This document shows, piece after piece, positions 9,244 through 18,668 of a DNA stretch of 64,000 bases. The notes under the pieces are model-generated. The model searched no databases, was not told the origin of the DNA, and saw nothing but the letters and a program-made list of their open reading frames with translations. This DNA comes from an uncultured Acidobacteriota bacterium (GTDB lineage Bacteria > Acidobacteriota > UBA6911), in NCBI GenBank assembly GCA_963809485.1, contig CAWEJX010000008.1, positions 192,001-256,000 of the forward strand. The letters are read 5' to 3'. Numbering within the stretch: the stretch's first letter is position 1; the number at the start of each line of letters is the position of its first letter. Both the position numbers and the translations under genes were made by a program.

Positions 9244-11086
9244 TCAGGCGCCTCCTTCATCACGCCTTCCTCCCCCAATTGCGTCGGGCTCCGCGGCCGC
9301 GCTCTCTGGAGACTGGCGAAAGGCTTGAGCCGCGTGCCGGTTGGTCGGGTAGAATCGGCCCGGGTCGATCAGTTCCATCAGACTCGTACCTCTCGAGCCA
9401 CGAGCGGAAGGACCGGTCGGCGCGGCTGACGGCGAAGGTGATGTTCTCGCTTCGTCAGCAGGGTGATCGCCTGACGCAGGACCTCCGCACCGGTCGTGTC
9501 GACGTCGACCATCGCCTCGCGCATCCAGCACGAACCCAGCGGACAGGGGTGGGCGCCTGCGTGACCAGCCGCTCGACGTCGTCGAGGAACAGGGTCGCAT
9601 TGGCGAAGTAGAGCGGGGCGCCGAAGCGGTACACCATCAGGCCCGAAGAACCGGAGACCTGCCCGGCGTCCCCGGGGACGAAGTGACTGCCGTCGGGCGC
9701 TTCCACGAGCGCCGAGGTGTCCGGACGGGACGCCCGGCGGATGACATCGATGGTCGACATGAGAAAGGCGATGAGGACGGCGCGCAGCGGGCCCAGGGCC
9801 AGCACGCTCAGCAGGCAGACCGCGGCGATCCAGAACTCCGAACGGCGCATCCGCCACAGCTCGCGGAACTCGTGGACCTCGATCAGCGAAAGCACCGCGT
9901 TGGCGACGATCCCGGCCAGGGCCGCATTCGGCAGATACGCCAGGAGGTTGGTGAAGAAAAGCATCACCAGTGTGATCGTCCCGGCCGCCACCAGGCTGGG
10001 CAACTGGCTGCGCGCGCCCGCGGCATCCATCGCCGCCGAGCGGGACGGGCTGTTGCCCGTGACGATGGACCCGGTGAAGGCTGCTGCCAGGTTGGCCGCA
10101 CCGTAGGCGAACAACATCTGGTCGCCGTCGGCCTTGTAGCCGTACTTGTTGCTGTAGCTGCGGACCACCAGCAGACCTTCGCACAGGAGAATGGCCACGA
10201 TGGCCAGGGCGCCCGGCAGGAGCCGCAGGTAGTCGGCCAGAGGGATCGTGGGCAGGGTCAACGCCGGGAATCCCGAGGGGATCGTGTTGCCGAGCACGGC
10301 GACGCCTTTCGCCGGGAGGTCGAGCATTGCGACGAGGGTCGTCAGCAGCACCAGGGCCACCAGCGCCCCGGGGACTTTGGGCGCATACCGTTTCATCAGC
10401 CGGATGATCAGGAAGGCGCTCACCCCGACCGCCACCGAGTAGAGGTTAGCGAGCGGAATGGAGTGGATCAGGGCCAGGACCTCCACGAAGTAGCCCTCGG
10501 TGCTGCACCGAGGTCGCCAAGGTCTCCTTGAGGTGCTCCGCCGCTGCCAGCAGGCCCGACGTGGCTTCGCCCACATGGGGAGCGGCGAGGATCTTCCTGA
10601 CCTGGTTGGTGAACACCTCGACGCCGAGCCCGGTGATGAAGCCCGCCATCACGGCGCGCGAGAGGAAGTTGGCGAGGAACGCCAGCCGGAAGATCCAGAA
10701 GATGAAGAACAGCAACGCGCAGACCACGGCCAGGGCCAGGGCGTACTGCATGCGAAGCGGATCCCCGGGCGCGGCGAAGGCGACGAGGGCGGCCCCGACC
10801 AGGGTGGCCATGGAAGCGTCGGGGCTCGTCACCAGGTGGCGCGAGCTGGCCGAGCAGGGCAAAGACCACCAGCGGGATGATGGCCGCGTAGAGACCGGCC
10901 GCGGGGGGCAGGCCGGCCACCTGCGCGTAACCGATGTTCAGCGGGATCATCAGGGCGGCCAGCGTGACGCCCGCCGAGACCTCCCGCGGGACGTCGGCCA
11001 GCGTGATCCCCCGCAGGCCCGCGAACGGGCGGGGCCAGCGGATCTTGGCGAGAATGGATTTATTGCCTCCCCGCGCCGGAAGTCAT
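9244..11086 (-). CDS. SulP/SLC26 anion transporter with STAS domain (several frameshifts)
   Basis: AGVTLAALMIPLNIGYAQVAGLPPAAGLYA, NSPSRSAAMDAAGARSQL, YRFGAPLYFANA, spread over several frames. ATGA overlap with the upstream gene. Confidence 0.88.
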
Positions 11087-11949
11087 GCCGCCCCTCCTGC
11101 ATCGATCAGGCCGGCCTGCTTGGCGAATATTTTGGCTCCAATGGCCGCGAGGACAACCGACCACAACGTCCACATGATGGTCATCACCACGATGCGCGGG
11201 TCCGCGTTCGGAATGGCAAGAGCCGCCGCCAACACCGCTGCGACGTTACGCGTGCCCATCCCGAGCGCCATGACGCTTCGCTGATTCTGTTTCATGCCGA
11301 AGCCGAAGCGATACGTGATCAGGCCCATCCCGACCATGAACAGGGTCATTGAAAGGAGGGCAAGTTCGCCCGCCGTGTTGAGCATCCCCCGGCCGTAGAT
11401 CACAAGGCACCACACGATCGTCAGCAATGTGGAGAGTAGGGCCAATCCCTTGACCGCCGGGAAGATCTTGGTTGCCCCAGTTCCGGCGTAATGCCGGATC
11501 GCCGCTCCGATCATCAGCGGCAGGAGTATGGTCAGGAGGAGCGGTTTCGCGAGCGACCAGGTGCTGATCGTCACCCCCTTGATCAGCAGGGGTGCCATCA
11601 ATGGCATCAACACCACCGTGCCGACCGCCACCAGCGGTATGAGGGCTCCCGCGAAGCCCATGTCTCCGCGGGCTTTTCCCACCATCTGCTGGAGGAACGG
11701 CGCGCAGGGCGCCAGGCTGGCGAGGAGCACCACGACTACGTAGGGCTCCGCCAGCGGAAGAACCCTGGTGATCAGATAGCCGAACGCCGGCCCCAACACC
11801 CAGCCCCACACGAAGATCAGCGCCAGGGATTTCTTATTCCGCAACGCCACGACAACCTCGGGCATCTTCACTTGGAGGCCCATGGCCGCCAGGTTCGACA
11901 CGGTGAAGATGAACACCAATGGGCCGAATGTGGTCTGAAGAAACTGCAT
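11083..11949 (-). CDS. Bile acid:sodium symporter (BASS/SBF) family transporter
   Basis: About 9 TM helices, LAPCAP and GTRNVAA motifs. Confidence 0.8.
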   Translation of the reverse strand: MQFLQTTFGPLVFIFTVSNLAAMGLQVKMPEVVVALRNKKSLALIFVWGWVLGPAFGYLITRVLPLAEPYVVVVLLASLAPCAPFLQQMVGKARGDMGFAGALIPLVAVGTVVLMPLMAPLLIKGVTISTWSLAKPLLLTILLPLMIGAAIRHYAGTGATKIFPAVKGLALLSTLLTIVWCLVIYGRGMLNTAGELALLSMTLFMVGMGLITYRFGFGMKQNQRSVMALGMGTRNVAAVLAAALAIPNADPRIVVMTIMWTLWSVVLAAIGAKIFAKQAGLIDAGGAA

Positions 11950-11996
11950 GACACTCGTTCATAGTCTGTTTCCTTTCAAGCAAACCGGTGTTGTTG

Positions 11997-13732
11997 TCAG
12001 AGCTGTTGACATAAGGAGTTCTCCGTCATTTCGATTCCGCGATCGAGCGCATCGCGCGGCGACAGCATGCCGCCGGAGATGTTTTTCGCCTTGAACCCGT
12101 TCTGCAGACAGGATGCGCGTCGCGTAGTAGGCGCGCTGGGCGGAACGGCAGATGACGTGGATCTCGCGGTCGCGGGGAAGTTCGCCCAGGCGGCTGCGGA
12201 GTTGCGGCAGCGGAATGTTGACCGCGCCCGGCACGCTCTCCACGACCAGTTCGACCGGCTCGCGCACGTCGAGCAGGAACGCGCCGTCCAGCGAATCCCA
12301 GTGACTGAGCGGCATGTCGCCGCGCAGGACATTCGCGGCCATCATCCCGGCGAAGTTGACCGGATCCTTGGCGCTGCCGAACTGGGGCGCATAGCACAGC
12401 TCGGATTCTTCCAGGTCGTAGATCGTCGCGCCCATCTGGATGGCCATGGCCAGGGCGCTGATCCGCTTGTCCACCGCCGGGCCATCCTCGCCCAGCGCCT
12501 GCGCGCCGAGGACTTTTCCGTTGGATTTGCGGAAGATGAATTTCAACCCGAGCATCTTGGCGCCCGGGTAGTATCCGGCGTGCGAATTCGGGAACAGGTA
12601 GATCTTCTCGTAGTCCGTGTCTCCGAGCTTCTTGAGCGTTTTCTCGCTGACGCCGGTCCAGGCGGCGGCGCCCCCGAACAGCCCGATGATCGAGGTGCCC
12701 TGCGTGCCGCGGTAACGGGAATCGCGCCCGCAAATCACATCGGCCGCGATCCGGCCCTGCCGGTTCGCCGGCCCGGCCAGCGCAATCAGGCTCCACTGGC
12801 CGGTCCCGAAGTCCTTGACTTCGATGGCATCGCCGACGGCGAAGATGTCCGGGTCGCTCGTGCGCATGTGCTCGTCCACGCGGATGCCGCCGCGCTCGCC
12901 GATCGCGAGGCCGGCCGACTTGGCCAGGGTGGTGTCCGGCTTCACGCCAATCGCGAGGATGACGATGTCCGCCGGAAACGTTTTGCCGGAGCTGGTCAGG
13001 ACCTCGATCGCGCCGCCGTCCAACTGCTTGAATCCGACCACGCCGTCATTGGCGACAACCTGGACGCCATGTCTTGTCATGTGGCCCTGGACGAGGCACG
13101 CGATCTCCGGGTCCAGCGGGGACAGGACGTGATCGGGCTTCTGGATGAGGGTCACATCGAACCCGAGATGGACCAGGTTCTCCGCCGTCTCCAGACCGAT
13201 GAATCCGCCGCCGACGACCACCGCGCGCGGTCACTGGCTTGACCATCTGAATCCCCGAGTAGCTGAACATCCCCGCGAGAAACGTCGTGCCTTTTTCAAT
13301 CCACTCGCGGATCGTCCTCGCGTCGGGCACGGTTCGCACATGGAAGATCCCCGGCAGATCAATGCCCGGCAGGGGCGGATGAACCGAGGCCGCCCCGGGC
13401 GACAGCACGAGCTTGTCGTAGGACTCGGTCGTGACCTCGCCGGTCTTGACATTGCGCAGATTCACGGTTTTCTTCTTCGGATCAATCGCGATCGCCTCGC
13501 AGTTCGTGCGCGCATCGATCGCGAACATGGCGCGAAACATCTGTTCGGTCCCCACCAGGAGGCTCGATTCCTTTTCAATCACGCCGCCGACGTGGTAGGG
13601 CAGTCCGCAGTTCGCGTACGAAACGTACGGTCCGCGTTCGACCATGAGGATTTCGGCCTTTTCATCCAGCCTGCGCAGGCGCGCCGCACACGACGCTCCG
13701 CCGGCAACTCCGCCAACGATGATGACTTTCAT
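11997..13732 (-). CDS. CoA-disulfide/persulfide reductase with C-terminal rhodanese domain (Cdr/Npsr-like), frameshifted
   Basis: VGGVAGGASCAARLRR, SYANCGLPY redox Cys, VGGGFIGLE, LCYAPQFGSAKD, LLDVREP..CRSAQR. Confidence 0.9.
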
Positions 13733-13913
13733 CTGTGAACCCCCTGTCCGACTAATAAGCTGCTGTTTCGCCGCAGGTCCAGCGTCCCAATAAACCTCCT
13801 CATTGCCTTGGAGTTTCCAGTTTCCAGTTTGAAGGGCTTTAACTGGGAACGCTAAACGGGTAAAGGCGTCAGCAAGCTGCCGCACTCCAAAGCATGTGCG
13901 CCAAAAAGCTCAC

Positions 13914-15346
13914 TTACCTGTCCTCCTCGAATTCAGCTTCGACTTTGCCGGCCCGGATGGCGCGCTTCAGCGCCGCGTGGTCCTTCTCGTTCTGGTCCGC
14001 GTAGGCGACGGAAAAGGATGCGAGCGCCCGGTCGAAAGTGTCGCTCGTCCCCATATACCCGCTGAGCTGGACCGACAATCCCGCGCGCGCGTGGGAGAGC
14101 GCGAGCGCCCTGCCGCACCAGGTGGCGTAGAGTTCCATCTCGGAGGAGCCGAAGGTCTCGACGCGGATGCTGATTTTGATGTCCCTCAATTGGCGGACGA
14201 AGTAGTGGCGCTTGTCGTATTGCCCATGGTCCAGCCGAGGAACATGTCGCTGGCGGGCTGCATGCGCCGGTAGCCATCCACGACGCGCTGGCCGTGGTTG
14301 GGAAAGACGCTCGCGCCGGCGTACGGCTCCAGCACCGAGGCGCGCGCCTCCTTGACCTGAAGGAAGAGTGGATCCCCTTCGCCAGCCAGAAGAGCATCAC
14401 CCAGCAGAGGTCCCGACGCTTCCGATTCCAACTACTTTGATGGCGGCATCCTTAATCTCGTATCGGTCCAGCAGAGACCGGTAGGAGGACGGCAAGGTGT
14501 CGCGGTACCGTGCGAATGCGTCCATGAGATTTTTTGGATTATGCCCGGAGGGTGGCCTTCGCGCGTGAAAGATTGTCGGGAGTTGTCCTTGATGAGGGGC
14601 ATTTCCCCTTTGTGCTCCACCAGCTTCGGAAAGATGTCCTCGGCAATGCTGCGCGCACGCTCCTTCTGGAGACGCATCAGGGCTCGCTTACGGAGCCTGG
14701 GATTCTTGATGCTCGCCACCAGGTCGTCCGCATCCAGCGCCAGGTACCACAGCTCCAGCGTATTCATCTGGCTGAACTCGGCCATGGACTCGCGGTAAGT
14801 GCGAACGCAAGTCATAACCACATCCTTCGCCACAGCATTCGCTCAGGCCGTTGTCCCGGCAGGCCACCACGAAGCTTGCGGCGAGGCGCTTGACGTCCCA
14901 CTCCCATGGCCCCGGGAGCGTCTCGTCGAGGTCGTTGATGGAGAAGATGACCCGCCTCTCCGGCGTGGCGAATCCGCCGAAGTTGCACAGGTGTGCGTCC
15001 CCGCAGCACTGGACACGGATGCCCGAGACCGGCGTGGACGCGAGGTCCGAGGCCATGGTGAGCGCCGCGCCCCTGTAAAAGGTGAACGGCGATCGCGCCA
15101 TGCGCCCGTGGCGCAAGGGAAGCAGTTCGGGCAATCGCCCCTTCTCCGCCTTAAGGACCAGCTGGACCGCATCGGGACGGTCTTTGGGCGCCTTCCAGAT
15201 GGCGTGGGAGCTCCTCGGGCAGGCATCCCGCAATCGCTTACCGAGGGCGCGGGCCTCGTCACTGCGAAAGCCCCTTCGCTGAGGCTGGATTCCGCGCGGG
15301 GGGTGGGGCTGCACTTTGCGTTTCTCTCTTGGGTTTCGTGGTCCAT
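13914..15346 (-). CDS. DUF2252 family protein (kinase-like fold), frameshifted
   Basis: LRHGRMARSPFTFYRGAA, CGDAHLCNFG, NDLDETLPGPWEWDVKRLAAS, FLQVKEARASVLE, CGRALALSHAR. Confidence 0.88.
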
Positions 15347-15380
15347 GACGACCTGTCCCTTCATTGTTGCGCTCCCTGAC

Positions 15381-15471
15381 GTAGTGAGGACGGCTCTCCA
15401 GAGCCGTCCAGGCAACGTCTATCGGACGGGTCTGCGAGACCCGTCCTCACAGGCTTGCTATCCCTCGCTAC
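15381..15471. repeat. GTAG-type REP-like inverted doublet
   Basis: gtagtgaggacggctctccagagccgtcc and ggacgggtctgcgagacccgtcctcac, two hairpins in opposite orientation. Confidence 0.65.
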
Positions 15472-15507
15472 AAAACGTGGAAGCCTCCAATTCGTTCATC
15501 AGCTCAG

Positions 15508-16023
15508 CTACAGGGCCTTAGGAAGTATCATCCGTTCGGGAGTGAGGTTGTAGGTCCACGGACAGCCCGAGTTCTTCCAGCCGTTCTTCAACCGCTGGCC
15601 CTGAAAAACGCTGCCAGGATCCTCGACCGTATCGCCTTCCATGCCATCGGTGATGTTGTAAGCATGCTTGAATCCCGCCTGGGCGAGCAGGTTGACAGCG
15701 ATGGCGCTGCGGCCGCCGGACCGGCACATCACCAGGATCGTGTCGTCGGGCTTGGCCACTTCCTTCACGCGGGATACGAAATCCAGGAGGAGCTTCATGG
15801 GGAACTTCCCCTTTTCAGCGTCCCACTCGTACACCTGAGCAGCGATAGGAATTTTCCAGGCCATGGCCGGATGGCCTACAAAGAGAAATTCCTCAGGGGT
15901 TCGGACGTCGAGAATTTTCACCTTTTCAGGATCGGCCTTCCACTTCTCGTAGGCCTCCTTCGACGTCACATAGAGTCCCAGCACCGTCTGCTTTTCTTTG
16001 GGGATTTTATTGGGTTCAGTCAT
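15508..16023 (-). CDS. Rhodanese-like sulfurtransferase, copy 1
   Basis: ILDVRTPEEF, active loop MCRSGGRS, GWKNSGCPW. Confidence 0.9.
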   Translation of the reverse strand: MTEPNKIPKEKQTVLGLYVTSKEAYEKWKADPEKVKILDVRTPEEFLFVGHPAMAWKIPIAAQVYEWDAEKGKFPMKLLLDFVSRVKEVAKPDDTILVMCRSGGRSAIAVNLLAQAGFKHAYNITDGMEGDTVEDPGSVFQGQRLKNGWKNSGCPWTYNLTPERMILPKAL

Positions 16024-16090
16024 ATTCAGTTCCTCTTTTCAATTCCTCGGTCTTCACTGTTTGTCGCGCTTGATTTTGCCTTGTGTGGCT

Positions 16091-16121
16091 GACGGCGCCC
16101 TCCGGCTTAGAGGGCGCCGTC
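16091..16121 (-). terminator. GC-rich stem-loop downstream of the DszB-like gene
   Basis: gacggcgccctc-cggctta-gagggcgccgtc, a perfect 12-bp stem without a clear U-tract. Confidence 0.5.
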
Positions 16122-16215
16122 GGAAATTCCTGCTCTGGATGCCGATGCATAGATTCTTTGCCGCGAAATACCAGGAAGAGCACACTCGCAAGGCTTTAAT
16201 TGCCTTTCCTTCCGG

Positions 16216-17385
16216 CTAGCCAATCCGTTGGCCTGACTTCAGCAGCTCAGTCGCATCGGGAAGCTTTGCCGTGGTGACCTTCTTCCATTGTTGCTCGAGC
16301 AGTTCCTTAGCTGCCTGTTCCAGGAATTCCGGCGCGGCCCACTTCTGCACATCGAAGTCGTGCTTGATGTAGCCGTGGCTCAGCATGAAGTCCTTGCCTA
16401 TCTCAACAGAAACAAGGTTCTGGGGCGACAGGTTGGGAACCATATCGATGTGCTCTATGCCCCTGAAAGTATGGTCGACGTCGAGGTAGAAGGTTTGCTT
16501 ATCAAGGATAGCTGCAGCAGCACGCTTGTGTTCATTGGCCCAGCGCCCTACTTTGATCATACCTTTCATGAATGTTACGGCGAGCTCAGGATGCTTCTCA
16601 GCCATCACGTCGGAGCAGGTGATGGCGGCAGGGATGTTGGCCACCTGCAGCGTCCAGTCGGGATACCTCGACAGGTCTTCGATAGCCTTGAACTTGCCGG
16701 TTGCTTCAGAAAGCTGCTGCAGCGGGCCGGTCTGCATATACATCGCATCTATGACGCCCTTCTCCAGCGCCGTCTCCAGCGGACGGAAAGCCAGGTCGTG
16801 CTTGTGGTCACGCCTCAGCCACAATTCTGACGGATTTTCCATGAGCGGACCCATCATTTCGGGCTTATCGTACCAGTCGTCGGGGTAGGGGAATTCCACG
16901 ATTTTTACATCCTTGCGGGTCATGCCGTTCAGCCTCAGCATCAGCTCTATGCCCTGTTCCTCCTGAATGCCCCACCAGTCGGTCTTGATGTTATTCTGGC
17001 TTCTTGAAAGCCCGATCTTCTTGCCTTTCAGATCGGCCATCCGGTAGATATCGTCCCTGGAGCGAACCAGCATGACGCCGCCTTCGCGCGGTGCATGTGT
17101 TACACCCAATAATCGTGTCCTGCGTATATCCGCCTGAACATGAATGGGTGGGAAAAGACCGCCAAAGCGGATGAGGTTGTCGAGGTTGTGAACGTAGTGC
17201 GGGTACCAGTCGTTCTCGGCACGGCAGCGGAGATAAAGGTAATTTACACCCATCTTCTTATACTCTTCCTTGGTCCAACCCAGTTCCTGGTCGACATTGC
17301 TGGCGGACACGAGGGGACAATTGGTGTAGTAGACCTCTTTCCAGTTCAACGGAACCGTGCTGAGTTTTTTAGCTTCCTTAGTCAT
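16216..17385 (-). CDS. DszB-like (aryl-sulfinate desulfinase / SsuA-fold) cytoplasmic protein
   Basis: YYTNCP (Cys27 equivalent), HYVH..IRFGGLFPP (His60/Arg70 region), RTRLLGVT, DLKGKKIG. No signal peptide. Confidence 0.75.
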   Translation of the reverse strand: MTKEAKKLSTVPLNWKEVYYTNCPLVSASNVDQELGWTKEEYKKMGVNYLYLRCRAENDWYPHYVHNLDNLIRFGGLFPPIHVQADIRRTRLLGVTHAPREGGVMLVRSRDDIYRMADLKGKKIGLSRSQNNIKTDWWGIQEEQGIELMLRLNGMTRKDVKIVEFPYPDDWYDKPEMMGPLMENPSELWLRRDHKHDLAFRPLETALEKGVIDAMYMQTGPLQQLSEATGKFKAIEDLSRYPDWTLQVANIPAAITCSDVMAEKHPELAVTFMKGMIKVGRWANEHKRAAAAILDKQTFYLDVDHTFRGIEHIDMVPNLSPQNLVSVEIGKDFMLSHGYIKHDFDVQKWAAPEFLEQAAKELLEQQWKKVTTAKLPDATELLKSGQRIG

Positions 17386-17507
17386 GACTGTGTTCCTTTC
17401 GTTTTTTACGCATTCCGCGGACAGCGGTAATGGCAAGTTGTTTTAAACCAGGCCCGGCTTTGTGCCTGGATTGTTGAGTTGTCTCTGATTCCTATCTTGT
17501 CTCTGTG

Positions 17508-17900
17508 TCATTGTTTTTTTGCGCCGGATATGGTTTCGGAGATGGCGGACAGCAGGACATCGCGATCCACTGGTTTCCTCAGACATACGGAGGCTCCAAG
17601 CGCAAGCACCCGCTCGGCCGTGCCGGGTTCGTCATGAGCGGTGATGACGACGACCGGCACGGGCATCTGTTGGAAGCGGAAATCCCCCAGCAAATCAAAG
17701 CCATTGAGATCCGGCATGTGCAGGTCCAGCAACAGGCAATCCGGCGCATGTAAGCCCAGTGCAGCGAGGAACTCCTCACCGCCCGCATACTCCTCGACAC
17801 GGAAGCCGCAGCAGGAAAGCAATCGTCGAAGCGCCTTCCGCATTTCCGGCTCGTTGTCCAGCACGGCAATCACTGGTTGTGTCATTTGCGTCTTTGGCAT
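17508..17900 (-). CDS. Single-domain response regulator receiver
   Basis: VLDNE..LLLDLHMP..VITAHD..RKP. Confidence 0.9.
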   Translation of the reverse strand: MPKTQMTQPVIAVLDNEPEMRKALRRLLSCCGFRVEEYAGGEEFLAALGLHAPDCLLLDLHMPDLNGFDLLGDFRFQQMPVPVVVITAHDEPGTAERVLALGASVCLRKPVDRDVLLSAISETISGAKKQ

Positions 17901-17904
17901 CGCA

Positions 17905-17970
17905 GCAAAAGCCTATAGGAAATCGGTAATGCTATGCTACTAGACCTTAGTGTAGTCCCCTATTTCAGGG
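17905..17970 (-). promoter_or_regulatory. Conserved promoter cassette, copy 1 (box CTAGAC-CTTA-GTGTAG)
   Basis: aagcctataggaaatcggtaatgc.atgctactagaccttagt.tagtcccctatttcag occurs three times in the window. Confidence 0.8.
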
Positions 17971-18098
17971 GCCTAACCCGGCGGACGTGGACGTAATCGG
18001 CTTATTTTTTCGCAGTCCACGGAATCCAAACCATGCCCAGGCGTGCGAAAATTTTGAGTCAGACTTTTCGGCATCGCGTGTCCCACTCAAAGACTCGG

Positions 18099-18617
18099 CT
18101 AGGGAACCTTAGGAAGTATCATCCGGTCGGGAGTGAGGTTGTAGGTCCAGGGACAACCCGAATTTTTCCAGCCATTCTTCAGCCGCTGGCCCTGGAAAAC
18201 GCTGCCCGGTTCCTCGACCGTATCTCCCTCCATGCCATCGGTAATGTTGTAAGCATTCCTGAATCCGGCTTGGGCGAGCATATTGACGGCTATAGCGCTG
18301 CGGCCGCCGGACCGGCACATGATCAGGATCGTGTCGTCGGGTTTGGCCACTTCTTTCACCCTCGAGACGAAATCCGGCAAGGGTTTAATCGGGAAAGCCT
18401 TCTTTTCGGCGTCCCATTCATACAGCTGAACGGCGATGGGAATTTTCCATGCCATCGCCGGATGGCCGACGAAGAGAAATTCCTCGGGTGTGCGGACGTC
18501 GAGGATCATGACCTTTTCGGGATCGGCCTTCCACTTCTCGTAGGCCTCCTTCGACGTAACATAAAGTCCAAGCACCGTCTGCTTTTCTTTAATAAGAGTT
18601 TCATTCGATTCAGTCAT
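18099..18617 (-). CDS. Rhodanese-like sulfurtransferase, copy 2
   Basis: Near-identical to 15508-16023; MCRSGGRS loop. Confidence 0.9.
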   Translation of the reverse strand: MTESNETLIKEKQTVLGLYVTSKEAYEKWKADPEKVMILDVRTPEEFLFVGHPAMAWKIPIAVQLYEWDAEKKAFPIKPLPDFVSRVKEVAKPDDTILIMCRSGGRSAIAVNMLAQAGFRNAYNITDGMEGDTVEEPGSVFQGQRLKNGWKNSGCPWTYNLTPDRMILPKVP

Positions 18618-18668
18618 ATTATGTCCCTCCGTTAATCGTTCTTACCCTTGTCCGACAGCGCAGCGGCC

